DNA of 64,000 bases from Lama glama (lineage: Eukaryota). This document shows, piece after piece, positions 24,650 through 37,840 of this stretch (its first letter is position 1; every line of letters begins with the position of its first letter). The stretch is taken from assembly GCA_028534125.1 (NCBI GenBank), contig CM052817.1, forward strand, positions 84,570,001-84,634,000, written 5' to 3'. Both the position numbers and the translations under genes were made by a program. The notes under the pieces are model-generated. The model made no database searches and was not told the origin of the DNA. It saw nothing but the letters and a program-made list of their open reading frames with translations.

Positions 24650-26600
24650 ACTTTGAAAATTTTATTTAAGAGAAAATTGTTTATGCGCATCACTTAAGAA
24701 ATTAAAATACGCTGCCAAGTTTACTACAAAAACATCAGTCTCCAGACATGCTTCTGCTCATTCTCTCCATCCCAGAGGGACCCCTTTCACCCTTTAGCTG
24801 ATTATTTAACCTGTTTTTTATTTATATTATAGTTGGTGAGATATTTAGTGAACACGTGATTATAACCATGCAAGTGCTTTTCAAAGAGCCAAGTTAAGTA
24901 GTAAACTATGTTTGTATTATTTTTCCTATATAATTTATGGTTTTCTCGGGGGAAAAATAAGTTGTCTTATTGTTTCTGTTTTTCTACGTACCTTTCATTA
25001 ATGAAACCTCAGATTCTCTGCAGTTGTCTAAGCCTCGTCTCTATATATTCAGATGTACCAGGCATTCTATTAAATTAATCTTTTTTGGACTCATTTCTCT
25101 CAGAGCTTGCTCCAATTTGGGCTGTTCTCCCTCCATATCTGGGGTACAGCTGACATTCTGGGATTTACTTATCATTATGCTGGGGATCCTTTACTTTCTC
25201 TCCTTGGTTTGATACCCTTTTTTTTTCTATCCCACGTCTTTCTCATTGTTGGTATTCTCTCATTTTGTAGAATACACCCTCGAATAGCTTTCACAGAAAG
25301 CATATTTGTGACTTTCCATCTCTAAAAATGTTTTTATTCTACCCTGAAATATCAATTAAGCCTTTCAAATTTTATCAAGGTAAAATTTATATATAGTAAG
25401 TTGCACAAATCTTAAATGTACGGTTTTTAAAATATGTATATACCTGTATACACCACCCAAATGAAGATACAGAACATTTCCATCAGTCAAAAGGTTTCTT
25501 ACTGCCCGATCCTAGTCAATAGTCACTCTTAGGGAGTTACCATTATTCTGACTACTATGACTTGGATTAATTTTGCCCTTTTGAACCTCATAAACATAGA
25601 ATCATACAGTGTGTGCTTTTTTGCATTTATGTTTTTTTCACTCCATATGTTTTTGATACTCATTCATATTACTGAGTTTACCAATGTTTTATAATTTTTT
25701 GGTACTTAATATTACATTGTATGAATAAATCACAAAATATTATATTTTCTCCTAGAAGCTTTAAAATGTTCACATTTAAATTTAGGTTTATGATCTACTT
25801 GAATTAATTATTTGAATAGATGTAAAGTATGGATCAAGGTTCATTTTTTCCCGTATGAGTATCCTATCTCCAGCATCCTTTATTGAGAAAAACATTGTGT
25901 ACCCCACCAAACTGCAGTGACACCTTTGAGTAAATCAGATGACTGTCTGTGTAGATCTCTTTCTAAACTCTGTTCTGACCTATTGATCTATTTACTTATC
26001 CTTACGTCATCAACATAGCCTTGATTGCTATAGATTTATAGTAAGTTTTGACATCTGGAAGTGTATGTCTAGCTTAATTCTTCTTTAAGGTTGTCTTGGC
26101 TATTCAGGGTCCTCTACATCTTCATATAAATTTTAAAATCAGCTTACCAATGTCCACCAGAAAAAACAAAACAAAACAATGCATTATTAGATTGAGAAGT
26201 TTCTTTTGTATTGCTAGTTTGCTGAGAGTCTTTATCATGAATAGATGTTGAATTTTATCAATTGCTTCTTCTTAATTCATTGATAAATGGTTTTTCTCCT
26301 TTAATGTGGTAATTTACATTGGTTGTGATTACATTCAAATGTTCAACTAATCTTGCATTCTGGGAGTTAAGTTGCATTCTACTTGCATTCTACTTGGTGC
26401 TAATATCTTATCCTATTTCTATATTGCTGTATTTGATTTGCTAATATTTCATTTAGGAGTATTTAATTTATGAGAAATATTGCCCTTAAACTTTTCATTT
26501 CTTGCCATATCTTTGTCAGGTATGGATATCAGGATTACTAACTTGACACTTATATAGTAGTTTGGTTAGTTATGGAATACTAAGTTGGAAATAACTCCTT
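24650..26600 (-). mobile_element. Nested ancient L1 fragments (L1ME/L1MC-like)
   Basis: 3' end aaggtaaaatttatatatagtaagttgcacaaatctt at about 25375 and antisense ORF2 text (gattgagaagtttc, tttgctgagagtctttatcatgaatagatgttgaatttt). Confidence 0.8.
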
Positions 26601-26722
26601 TCCATTGCCTTTTTTCTTTCTTTCTTCTTCTTCTTTTTTTTTTTTGGAAGCCTTCACCATGTCTGTATTCTCCCCAGTACTTAGCATAGTGCCTAACGTA
26701 CTATAGATGCTCAATAAACTGT

Positions 26723-27798
26723 TTCTTTTTTCTCTCAATTTTTATGTTTTTAATTAAAAATTTTTAGTTGAAGTATAGTCAGTTTACAGTGTGTCAATTT
26801 CTGGTGTACAGCATAATGTTTCAATCATACATATACATACATATATTCCTTTCTATGTTCTTTTTCATTATAGTTTACTATAAGATATTAACTATAGTTC
26901 CCTGTGCTATACAGAAGAAGCTTGTTGTTTATCTATTTTATATATAGTAGTTAGTATCTGCAAATTTCTAACTCTCAATTTGTCCCTTCCCACACCCTTT
27001 CTCCCCTGGAAAACCATAAGTTTGTTCTCTCTGTCTGTGAATCTGTTTCTGTTTTGTAAATAAGTTCATTTATGGTTTTGTTTTTTTTTTAGACTCCACA
27101 TATAAAAATACGATATGGTTTTTTTCTTTCCTCCTCTAGCTTACTTCACGTAGAATGATGATCTTCAGGTCCATCCATGTTGCTGCAAATGGCATTATTT
27201 TATTCTTTTCACAGCTGAGTAGTATTCCATTACATATATATATATCCAGTCATCTGTTGGTGGACATTTAAGTTGCTTCCATGTCTTGGCTACTGTATAT
27301 AGTGCTGCTATGAACATTGGGGTACATGTATCTTTTTGAATTAGAGTTCACTCTGGATATGTGCCAAGGAGGGGGATTGCTAGACCATGTGGTAAATCTG
27401 TTTTTAGTTTTTTGAGGAATCTCCATACTGTTTTCCATAATTGCTGCACCAAACTACATTCTCATCAGCAGTGTAGGAGGGTTCTCTTTTCTCCACACCC
27501 TAACCAGCATTTGTAGTCTTCTGAATGATGGCCATTCTTACTGGTGTAAGGTGATACCTCATTGTAGTTTTGATTTTCATTTCTCTGATAATTAGCAATA
27601 CTGAGCATTTTTTCATGTGCCTGTTGGCCATTTGTATGTCTTCACTGAAGAATTGATAAAGTCTTCTGCCCATTTTTGTATTAGGTTGTTTATTTTTTTA
27701 TTTTAAGTTGTGTGAGCTATTTGTATATTCTGGAAATTAAGCTTTTGTCAGTCGCATCATTTGCAAATATTTTCTCCCATTCTTGTTTTGTTTATGGT
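26723..27798 (-). mobile_element. Young lineage-specific L1 3' end (about 1.1 kb)
   Basis: Same 3'UTR family as 16770-17287 (gaagtatagtcagtttacagtg, atagttccctgtgctataca) plus a well-preserved antisense ORF2 3' region. Confidence 0.92.
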
Positions 27799-27799
27799 G

Positions 27800-29370
27800 G
27801 AAAAGCCCAATGCTTTCTAATGTCCAATGTGCTCTTGAGAATAATTATATAATTATGGTTTACACTGTAGCCTATAGGATTTTCATATGTTTCTGATATT
27901 TTAAAAATTCACTACGTTGTGCTTTATTGTGTCTCTGTTTTCATTAATGTGCTGGGAAGTAATGTGTATATTTAATCTCCAAATTCAGATCCTTCAGTTG
28001 CAGGAAGTTTTCATGGTTTATTTCATCAACAGTGTGGTTGGCTGAATAATGCTCTCTCTGGTTCTCCTCACCACTCCCTTTACCTCCAAGATTTCCGTAT
28101 CCTAACATCTGGAACATGTAAGTCGTACCTTCTATGTCAAAAAGGACTTTGCAGATGTGGTCAAGTTAATTATCTTCAGATAGGAAAATTATCCTGGATT
28201 ATCTGGCTAGGCCAGATGTAATCATAATGGTCCTTTATAATAGGTATACAGAAGGAGTCAGAGTAAGAGCGAAGGCCACTTGATGACAGAAACAAGGTTA
28301 GAGTAATGTACTTTGAAGATGGAGGAAGGAAACTACATGGCAAGAAATACGAATTTCTACAAGCAAGAAAACACAGGAAACGAATTCTTCCCTAGAGCCT
28401 CCAGAAGGAACCAGCCTTGCCAACACCTTGATGTTAACCCAATGACACTGCTTTCAGTCTTCTAATCTCCAGTACAGTACTGAAATAGATGACATTTATG
28501 TAATTTTAAGCCACTAGGTTTATGGTGCTTTGTTACAGCAGCCATGGTAAACATACAAATGGTTGTCCCTTCTCTCTTCTCTCTGTACTGTTTGTGTTAG
28601 TATAACTTCTTGACCACACTGGCACTTTTCTTATCTTTATTTAATCTTTTTATCTTTTTGTCCAACTTTCTAGACAAGTCTCTGAATTTCTCTTCAAACT
28701 TATCATTTGAATTATTTCTACTGTCAGTGTTCTAATCTTCTAGGAATTTACCCCTCTTTTTGTTCTTAGAATGTCCTTTAAAAAAATATTATCCTGTTCC
28801 TTGTACATGGTTGCAGCATTTTATTTATTTTCTGCCTAAGGTTATTAATATGAATTTTCTTTGGAGATTTTTTTCCTGCAAAACCAGTATCCTCCAACTT
28901 TTGTTTAATTGTCTGTTTCAATTTTTGTATTTCATAGTAGAAATTCTCTGTTGTTGGTAATACTTGGTTGTCTGCTCATACTTAAGAGTTGAAAACTAAA
29001 AAATTACATGGAGCACTGAATATGTGAGAGAATTACTGCAAATTTCTGAAGTGTATACCGCTGCCAGGTCTTGCTGATCCTTGTGGGATGATGTTACATA
29101 AATTGGCTTAGTTCTTGGCCACCCTTAATGCTGGATAAGATTTTGGTGTTTTCTATTTCTTTTTTTCCAGCTTGCTAAATTATTTACCATTTGTCCAAAT
29201 GTTTGAAATCCTTACAAAATTGTATGCTCTTTTCTTCTCATCACATGCCTGTTATGCCTGTCCTTATGAGTTATACTTTTAAGTAAAAATATCTATATCC
29301 TTATTTTAGTGTGGGTTGGATGGGGAGAATGTAGATGAGTGTGTTCAGTTTGCCATTTTTGGCCAGAGGT
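27800..29370 (-). mobile_element. Ancient L1M fragment interrupted by MLT1
   Basis: T-rich antisense L1 text (ccttcagttgcaggaagttttc) on both sides of the LTR. Confidence 0.5.
28033..28557 (+). mobile_element. MLT1D-like MaLR solo LTR
   Basis: TG...CA ends, aaaaggactttgcagatgtg, attatcctggattatctgg, ccctagagcctccagaaggaaccagcc, tttaagccact...ttgttacagcagc. Confidence 0.9.
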
Positions 29371-29399
29371 ACTATGGCTTCCATTCTTTAGCCTCATCT

Positions 29400-30010
29400 T
29401 TAAAACTGATGCTCTTCAGGTGCCATTTTCATTCTTTCTCTTTTCATTCCACATACTCTTGCTTCATAATTTTATCCATTTCCATGACTTCAGCTGTGAT
29501 CAATAGATCAATGACTTTCAAAATTTTTTCTTTATCCTACTTCTTTCCTGAACTTGTGGAGCTTTACTTCTAGTAGGAGATTCTCAGTCAGCAGTTGGAT
29601 GTATGTCCTACATTTCCCTGAAACTAAAAATTGACCTCATTATTCCTCTACACTCTTATTGTACCTATTCTACACACAAGCTTGCTGATTTCTTTTGAGT
29701 TGCTTCTTTTATTGGCATCACTAACCATTAAGATTTAAAACTGGAAATCATCCTTAACTCTTTTCTCTTGCCTCCTACATCCAGTTAGTTACCAAGTCAT
29801 ATCAATTTTACTTTCTCAAGTAAATTTTAGTATACGTTACTCATATTTTTCAGTATAATTTACTAAATATTTTTCAGTATATTATAGTCATCCCCCAAAT
29901 ATTATCAGTCCTCCTGCCTTTTTTCAGGCTTTCAACATCTATTATAATATAGACTGTCACAGTAATCTAACTTGATACCTTCTTCTGATCTCTCAAAGCC
30001 TCCAATCTAT
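29400..30010 (+). mobile_element. L2 fragment (continues at about 31470-31700 and 32440-32550)
   Basis: aaactggaaatcatccttaactc, catccagttagttaccaagtca, ctccaatcta; later caaaatcaaatccctttgcatgg and a 3' tail aaatgtttgttaaatga. Confidence 0.65.
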
Positions 30011-30019
30011 TGATATAAA

Positions 30020-30880
30020 TCAATCAACCAACAAACATTTCCTGAATACTCAATCTGTGACAGATATGGTATGACTTGGAGGTACCACTGAGAAAAAGAC
30101 ATGGTTACCCTTTGTGTTAGTGGAGAAATTAGTTTACTGTGAACATAATGCGTTATGTGTTGGTTAATGATAGGAGAAATACAGGGTACTAGAGAGCCAT
30201 ATAGGAGGGCAATCTAACTTACACCTGGAGACAATTGGAGAGACTTCCTACAAGGTCATGTATATAGAGACCACAATGTTAGGGGATATGTTCCATACAG
30301 AAGACACGGCACCCACCAAAGGCTCTGAAGTGGTGGGCACATTTGATGAACTGTAAGTAAAGTTCAGTATAGCTGAACCTGAAGCTGAGAACAAAATTGG
30401 TTGAAGTAAAGCTGAAGAAGTAATCAAGAGCCAGATCACTTAGCACCTTCTAAACCAAATTTAGGAGATTGGGAATTTCTTCTAAGAAAAGCAGGAAACA
30501 AACAAGAAACTTCATGATTTACTTTGCGTTTTAGAAAACTTTATATTTCTGTAGGGAATGGACTGAAATTCATCAAGTTTGAAGAGGGTGTCCAGTTGCA
30601 GTCATTTAGTTGGGAGATGGTAATGGCCTGAAACAGGGTTAGGGAAATGAAAAGTGGGGAAAGTAGTTAGCCTTGCAAGACATTAGGAGGTAGGCACAGG
30701 GGGTAGGGGTGGGGCGGATAAAAGAGTGGGAGGAATTAGAAATGGCAGGTTTGAAGGAATGGTTCGATGATGAGTTAAATTTTGATCACGTTGAATTTGA
30801 AGTGCCTGTGGGACATCCAAGTGAAGACACACAGAAATCTGATCATATATTCTCAGGCATAAGCATATTAGTGGATAGAG
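30020..30880 (-). mobile_element. L2 3' portion, antisense
   Basis: caaccaacaaacatttcctgaatac ... gagatggtaatggcctgaa ... gttgaatttgaagtgcctgtgggacatccaagtgaaga. Confidence 0.8.
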
Positions 30881-31827
30881 AGACCCCCAAATTGGAAACA
30901 CCACCAAATATGTGGGCAAGCCTACCAAATGTGTGGGTCCTTTCCTACCAGTTGAGAAAGAATTCTCAGCAGAGGCAGAGGGACAAAGTGGAAAAATTGC
31001 AAAGAACAAAAAGCCCTGCTCTATTGTTTAGAGAAGGAAGGAGAAAAAAAAAAGCAGAAAAGAAAATGCTTGAGCGGGGAGCCTTCAGTCAAGTCGAGAC
31101 AGATCCCGTCCCTGATCCAGCGCGGGGTCTTTATTGGAAGGCTCTGCAATCATTGTCTTCATTCCCATGATCTTCATTCCTGTGGTGCGCATCATCTTCC
31201 CTTACAGCTTTTTCCTCCTGGATAGCTCAGCCCTAAAACAGAAAATTCGGTGGGAAAGAGAAGAAAGAAAGAGATACGGGGGTATGTCCTTGGGATTGAT
31301 GCAGCAGTTGTAGAACATAAAACATCCTGTTGTATGGCTGTGTCCTTGGAACCAAGGAGCCAGCTGTGGGATAAGAGAAAATGTCCTGTTTTTCAACAGC
31401 CTGAAATTTTCTTCCCTTTGTCAATAAGCCTGTCTAATCACCTCTCTCAAACACACACCATAGTTCCTTACTGTGTTCAACACAAAATCAAATCCCTTTG
31501 CATGGTACACAGAGTCTTTCCATTCTCACCCAGCCCATCTGTCTCGCTTCATCTCTTAATAACTCCTCACTTCTTCAGCTACATATTCACACCCTTTCAG
31601 GTCTCCTTGTCTTTAAACATACTGTTGCACATTTGACCCACACCACATCAGTACTTTTGTGAAATTTAGCTTCATCATTTTCTGCAACGCAAATCCCTCA
31701 CACCAAGTTATCTGTGAGTATGGGATCCTTAACTGAAGACTGGGAGGTTATGGGAAAGATTGTATTACACAGTGCACAGGCTTCTGCCCTCTCATTGGTT
31801 ACTCCCGTCTTCGCTCACCTGCTAGAT

Positions 31828-32196
31828 CTGTGCTGTCAGATACGCCAGTCACTGACCACCTGTGGTGGCTCTAGAGCATTTGAAATGTAGCTAGTTTGGG
31901 ATCAGATGTGCTATAAGTGTAAAATACAAACCAGAATTTGAAGACTTTGAAAAAAGAATGTAAAATATCATGGTAATAATTTAAAAAAAATTTTTAACAT
32001 TTTTTATTGACTTATAATCATTTTACAATGATTTTTAAAATTTTGATGTATTGAAATGACAATGTTTTGGGTATATTGAGTTAAAGTATATTATTAAAAT
32101 TAATTTCACCTTTTTCTTGTTTTTTTTTAAATGTAGCCACCAGAAACTTGAAAATTATATATGTGGCTCACATTATATTTCTACTGGACTGTGCTG
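31828..32196 (-). mobile_element. MER33-like hAT-Charlie DNA transposon
   Basis: Termini ctgtgctgtc...ggactgtgctg, internal gatgtgctataagtgtaaaatac and ttaaaattaatttcacc; 8-bp flanks tgctagat / tcctagac. Confidence 0.88.
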
Positions 32197-33409
32197 TCCT
32201 AGACTTCCTTCCTGAATTGTCAAATTCTTCTTCCTCACTTCTGCAAGGCAGTTGAACACTTGATGTTCTTTTAAACTTGCCTACCAGATCCCATCAAGAA
32301 CTTTTGTTTTATAGGCGTCTCTTAGAAAGAAATTGTTATTATATATAGCAAAAACAAAAAATTCAACCTGAAATATTCAAATTTTTACTTTGGTACTCAC
32401 TACATTGTAGCGTGATTTTTAAAAAAAATTCTCTTTACCCCACTAGGCTGTGAACAAAGAGCATGCCCTATTTATCTTTCCATCCCTAATATCCCTAATA
32501 CTGTTGTGAGCTCATAGTAGGGACTAAGAAATGTTTGTTAAATGACAGGATTACGGGTTCTTTATTATCTAAAAAGAAAATATTAGCTGAATTTAAAAAT
32601 TACATTCATGGCAATTGGTTTGTGTAAATTAGGAATAGTGGCAAACACATCTTGATGTACTTATATCCTTCCATTTTCCCTCAACCTTACAGAGAGATCC
32701 AGTAGTGATCACTTTAAGCTGTTCATTGCATCTTTGTCACAAAATCTGTGCTAATATCATTCTCCTCTAGACATATAAGTAGAAGCAGAGAAGGAATTTA
32801 AATCAATAAAGCTAACGAATAAATAACAAGCTAGAGAAGTGGAACATGTCACTTAAGAACATGTGAAGTGAAGGATGTATTGACAGTTTTGGAAACTAAG
32901 TTGCCAGAAGTATTGATAGCAGAAGTCACTATGAAATGAACATTTACTTGAGAGCGTGTTTACATGAGGCTGTCATAGCAAGTAGGTCTTATAAATACCA
33001 CTACAGTATTCTCCTTGAACCTGTTAGGCCAGGGTTTTATAGCTTACTGCAATTACTGAATGGAAATATAATGACTTTAATGCATATTTTGAAGTTTGAA
33101 TTGCACTTGCTGACTTCACACAACAGTAGCCCCCTAATGACAGAAACTTTGCCTGTACTTCAGAAGAAAACTTCAAGAGAGACCAAGCATAAAGTGGTAT
33201 GGTGAATAATGATAATACAGATTGAGCCAGGTTTCCCAAGTGGTTTAGGCACACCTTGACCTTAAATTTAAACTTTTGGAATTTGCATTCACCTTTTAAA
33301 ACCACACATTCGGTAATCCTAAGAAGTGTCTCACAATTTCTGTCCCTGGAAGACTCTAGGTTCTAAGAGAATACATATGAATAAGCAGAGTGAGACAACT
33401 GTTTTATGT

Positions 33410-33966
33410 ATATATATACATACATACATACACACACATTTATATATATGTATTTTTTTTAAATTGATGTATAATCAGTTCCAATGTGTTAGTTTCTGGT
33501 GCACAGCATAATGTCCCAGTCATGCATATGTATACATATATTCATTTTCATATTCTTTTTCATTAAAGATTATTACAGATATTGAATATAAGTTCCCTGT
33601 GCTATACAGAAGAAATTTGTTTTTTTAATCTGTTTTTATATAAAGCAGTTATCATTTACAAATCTCAAACTCTGAAACTTATCCCTTTCTACTCCCTTTC
33701 CACTGGTAACCATAAAATTATTTACTTTGTGAGTCTGTTTCTGTTTTGTAGATGAGTTCTTTGGTGTCCTCTTTTTTTCTTTTTTTTAGATTCCACATAT
33801 GAGTGATATCATATAGTATTTTTCTTTCTCTTTCTGGCTTACTTAATTGGAATTATGATCTCCAGGTCCATCCATGTGGCTACAAATGGAATTATTTTAT
33901 TCTTTTTTATGGCTGACTAGTATTCCATTGTATAAATATACCACAACTTCTTTATCCAGTCATCTG
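33410..33966 (-). mobile_element. Young lineage-specific L1 3' end with tail decayed to (TA)/(TACA) microsatellite
   Basis: Same 3'UTR family as the other young L1s; likely TSD tgttttat at 33400 and 33967. Confidence 0.9.
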
Positions 33967-34285
33967 TGTTTTATATTTTTGACAATTAATGTCATCCTGA
34001 AACTCTCTGATATTTCAGATATGGTGTATATATCTTTCTTCCAGAATAAGTGGTACATGCTTAGCAAACAGTAGCCACGCCGTAGGTAGACGGATGCTGT
34101 GATGTGCCTGTGAATCATTGTAGTCCACAGCACAGAAAGCTGCAGGAGTGCCAGACATGTATTACCTACCATGTCTACATTTTCGCTTCTTGAAACTTGG
34201 TCTCTAAGAGTAACAGAGCAATTCCAAGCCATGGCATCCCTCCAGCACCCCCCCCCATTAGTGTTCAGGTACTATTTTGCACATT

Positions 34286-34959
34286 AAAAAAAATTGAGGT
34301 AACATTGATTTATAACATTATATAAATTTAATTTATACAACATTATAATTATACTTCTGCATACACTATAGCATGCTCAACTCCAAAAGTCTAGTTTCCA
34401 TCTGTCACCATACATGGACCCCCTTTACCCATTTTATCTTCCCCCACCACCCTTTTCCTCTGAAAAACACTAGTCTGTTATCTGTATCTAAGTGTTTGTT
34501 TTGTTTTGTTTGCTTGTTTATTTATTTATTTTTATATTCTACATATAAGTGTTGTGATTGTAAATGGGTTTTTTTCTTAATTTCTCTTTATATTAGTTCA
34601 TTGTTAGTGTACAGACATGTGATTAATTTTTATACATTGTATATTGATTTGTTGTATGTTTATTTTCTTTTGTCTTCAAGTATTTTTTTATTTCTCCTTT
34701 GATTTCTTTATTGACCCAATAGTTTTTCAGTAGCATGTTGTTTAGTCTCCACATATTTGTGCTTTTTCAAGCTTTCTTTTTGTAGTTGATTTCTAGTTTC
34801 ACACTATCGTGGACAGAAAAAAATGCTTGATATGATTTCAGTTTTCTTAAATTTACTGAAACTTGTTTTATGTCCCAACTTATGGTCTGCCTTTCAGACC
34901 ATGTGCACTTGAGGAAAATGGGTATTCTGCTGCATTTAGATGGAATATTCTGTAGACTT

Positions 34960-34992
<33 letters not shown>

Positions 34993-37840
34993 CTCCATTC
35001 ATTTAAAGTTGATGTTTCTTTGTTGAATTTCTGTCTGGATGATCTACCTATTGATGTATGTGGGGTGTTAAAGTCCCCTACTATTATTGTGTTGCTGTCA
35101 ATTTCTTTCTTTTGGTCTGTTAAGATTTTATATATATTCATATACATATATATTTATGTATATAAATTTTGGTGCATTATATGTTTGATGCTCTTACATT
35201 TGGTGCATAATATTAATAAATGTTATGTCTTCTTGATGGAGTGTCCTCTTTATTGTTATGTAGTATCCATCTTTGTCTCTTGTTACTGTTTTTGGCTTGA
35301 AGTCTATTTTTTCTGATATGAGTATGGCTACACCAGCTTTCTTTTGGCTGCCATTTGCTTGGAATATTATCTTTCATCCCTTCACTTTGAGCCTGTGTCT
35401 CTGTCTTTAGAGCTGAGTCTCCTAGAGGCAGCATATAGTTGGGTCTTGTTTTTAATTCATCTGACCACTCTGTGTCTTTTGATTGGTGAATTTAGTCCTT
35501 TTACATTTAGGATGATTATTGATATATGAGGATTTAGTTATGACATGTTATCTTTTGTTTTCTGGTTGCTCTATATCTCCATTGTTTCTTTTTCCCTGTG
35601 TTTCTGCCTGCTATTTTGGTTTGGTGATTTTCTATGATGTTTTCCTCAGTTTTCTCTTTTTTATGATTCATGTCCCTGCTTTCAATTTTTCTTTTATGGT
35701 TGCCATAAGATTTGCATAAAACATTTCATGGATAAAATAGTCCTTTTTCTCCTGATAGTGTCTTGTCTTCCTTTGCCTATACAGGTTTTATCCTTTTTCT
35801 CTTCCCCTTAATGTTTTGTCACAAATTATCTTTTCTATGTTGTAAGTTTGATATCAAATTGAAGTAGCTATAGTTATTTTTAGTATTTTTCCCTTTAAAC
35901 TTTATGCTAAATTAAGAAATTAACAATCTATTCTGATATAGAGTTACAGTTTTCTAATTCTGTCTGTCTATTGGTCACCTAACTCAAAGTTTTGTGTAAT
36001 TTTGCCTTTTTGTTTCAGATAGAGGAGTTTCTTTCAACGTTTGTTATTATGGAGGTCTAGCAGTAATGAACTCCCTCAGCTTTCATTTGTCTGAGGAAGA
36101 TTTTATTTCTCTTTCATATTTGAAGGATAACTTTGCTGGATAGTGTATTTTTGGCTGGCAATTTTTATCTTTACATTTTTTGAGAATGTCATTCCACTCC
36201 CTCCTGGTTTGTAGAATTTCTTCTGAGAAATCTGCTGATAGCCCAATGAATGTACCTTTGTAGGTTACTGGGTTATTTTTCCCCCTGGCTGCCTTTAAAA
36301 TTCTTTATCACTGACTTTTAATAGTTTTAATGTAATGTGTCTTGGATAAGGTCTTTTTGCATTGAGATAATTAGGTGTTTTATTAGCTTTGTGGACCTGT
36401 ATTTCCAGTTTCTTTCCAAGGTTTGGGAAGTTCTCAGCTATTATTTCTTTAAATAACCTCTCTGCTCCCTTCTTGTCTTCTTTTTCTGAGACACCCATTA
36501 TCTTTATATTGCCTTTTCTAATGGAGTCAGATTGCTCTCATAGATTTTCTTCATTTTTTAAAAATCTTACATCTTTCTTCTCTTCTACCTGAATCACTTC
36601 TAGATTTCTATCTTTAGGCTCGCAAGTTCGCTCTTCCATATGGTCTGCTTTATTTCCAGTGCTTTCTATTGGATTCTTCATCTCACATATTGAGTTCTTC
36701 AGTTCCAGAATTTCAGTTTGGTTCTTTTTTAAGGTTCCAGTCTCTTTGACAAAGTATTCCGTCTGTTCATTAATTTTATTCCTGAGCTCATTGGACTGCT
36801 ATTTTGAGTTTTCTTGTAGCTCACTGAGTCTCTTCATGATAGCTATTTTGAATTCTCTATCAGATCACAGTCTTCTGTGACTTTAAGTTTTGTTTCTGGA
36901 GAATTGTCATTTTCTTTTTGTGGCCCCATATTACTGTGGTTTTTCATGGTGTTTGATGAATTGTTCTTCTCCCAGCACATTTGAAGTAGTGAACAACTTT
37001 CTTATTAGGATAAAACTTTTGTTTATTTTGATTGTAAAAATTCAACAGATTGGTAATTAGAGATCCTCCTTCTGTTTTTCAGTAGGTGGCACTATAATAC
37101 AAGCTTTTTATTTCTCTTACCTGATCGCCCTCTGACTGTATTTGAGAATCTGCACTCTCCACCCTTTATGACCACAGCTAGAGGTGTTGTGAGTGCCCTC
37201 CTCATTGCTTGCTGCTTGTGCCTCCAGGTTTCTGGGACCTTGTTGTTGCTGCTGTCACTGGTGTTGCTGCCAGGGGCACCAGGTTGGTGGTGCCTGCACT
37301 GCTTTGGAGATCCTGCAGTAATGGTTGCTGGCATCACCACCATGGTAGGGGGAATGGGGAGGTGGTGAGGAGCAAAGACCTTGATTTGCCTCCACTGCAT
37401 CCAGGGTTGCGGGTTTGCATGCACCACTACTGTGAGTGCAGGGCTGGAGCTGCAGGCACTACCATGGCTGGAGGGACTGGGACTGAGGGTCCTGCCACCC
37501 CTGCTGCCCAGTTCCCTATGGCTATAAGTACTACTGTAGCTGAAAGGTCAGAGTCACATGTGCCACCTTTGCTGCTGCTACTGGGTTCTCTGGGGCTTTG
37601 AGTTCAGCCACCTCAGAGAGGGGGCTGGGATCATGAGTAATGCCTCTACTGTTCCCCTGGTTCTACCTCCTTTGTGTGTTCCAGTCCACTCATTGCCAGG
37701 TATACAGATGTGTGGATCTCTTTGGCATCCTAGTAGGCGGGCAGAAAAACTTTTGTTGAGTTATGGATGTTTTACTAGCTGCAGATTGAAGGGGAAAGAC
37801 AAAGGGAGTGTCTCATGCCAGAATGTTGATGACATAACCA
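34286..37840 (-). mobile_element. End-to-end L1 (5'UTR, ORF1, ORF2 endonuclease, 3'UTR) with most of ORF2 deleted
   Basis: ORF1p remnant LFKEIIAENFPNLGK...PRHI (36295-36498); EN motif TIIVGDFNTP (34959-35147); GC-rich 5'UTR 37080-37840; 3'UTR 34286-34548; shared flank ttgcacatt at 34277-34285 and 37845-37853. Confidence 0.92.
37079..37094 (+). promoter_or_regulatory. CTCF-like motif inside the L1 5'UTR
   Basis: TCAGTAGGTGGCACTA; 15/16 match to CCASYAGRKGGCRSYV. Confidence 0.5.

Noticed and set aside
30709..31170. Longest ORF (153 aa) as a gene
   Set aside because: Its 5' part is antisense L2 sequence; no recognisable domain or exon boundaries.
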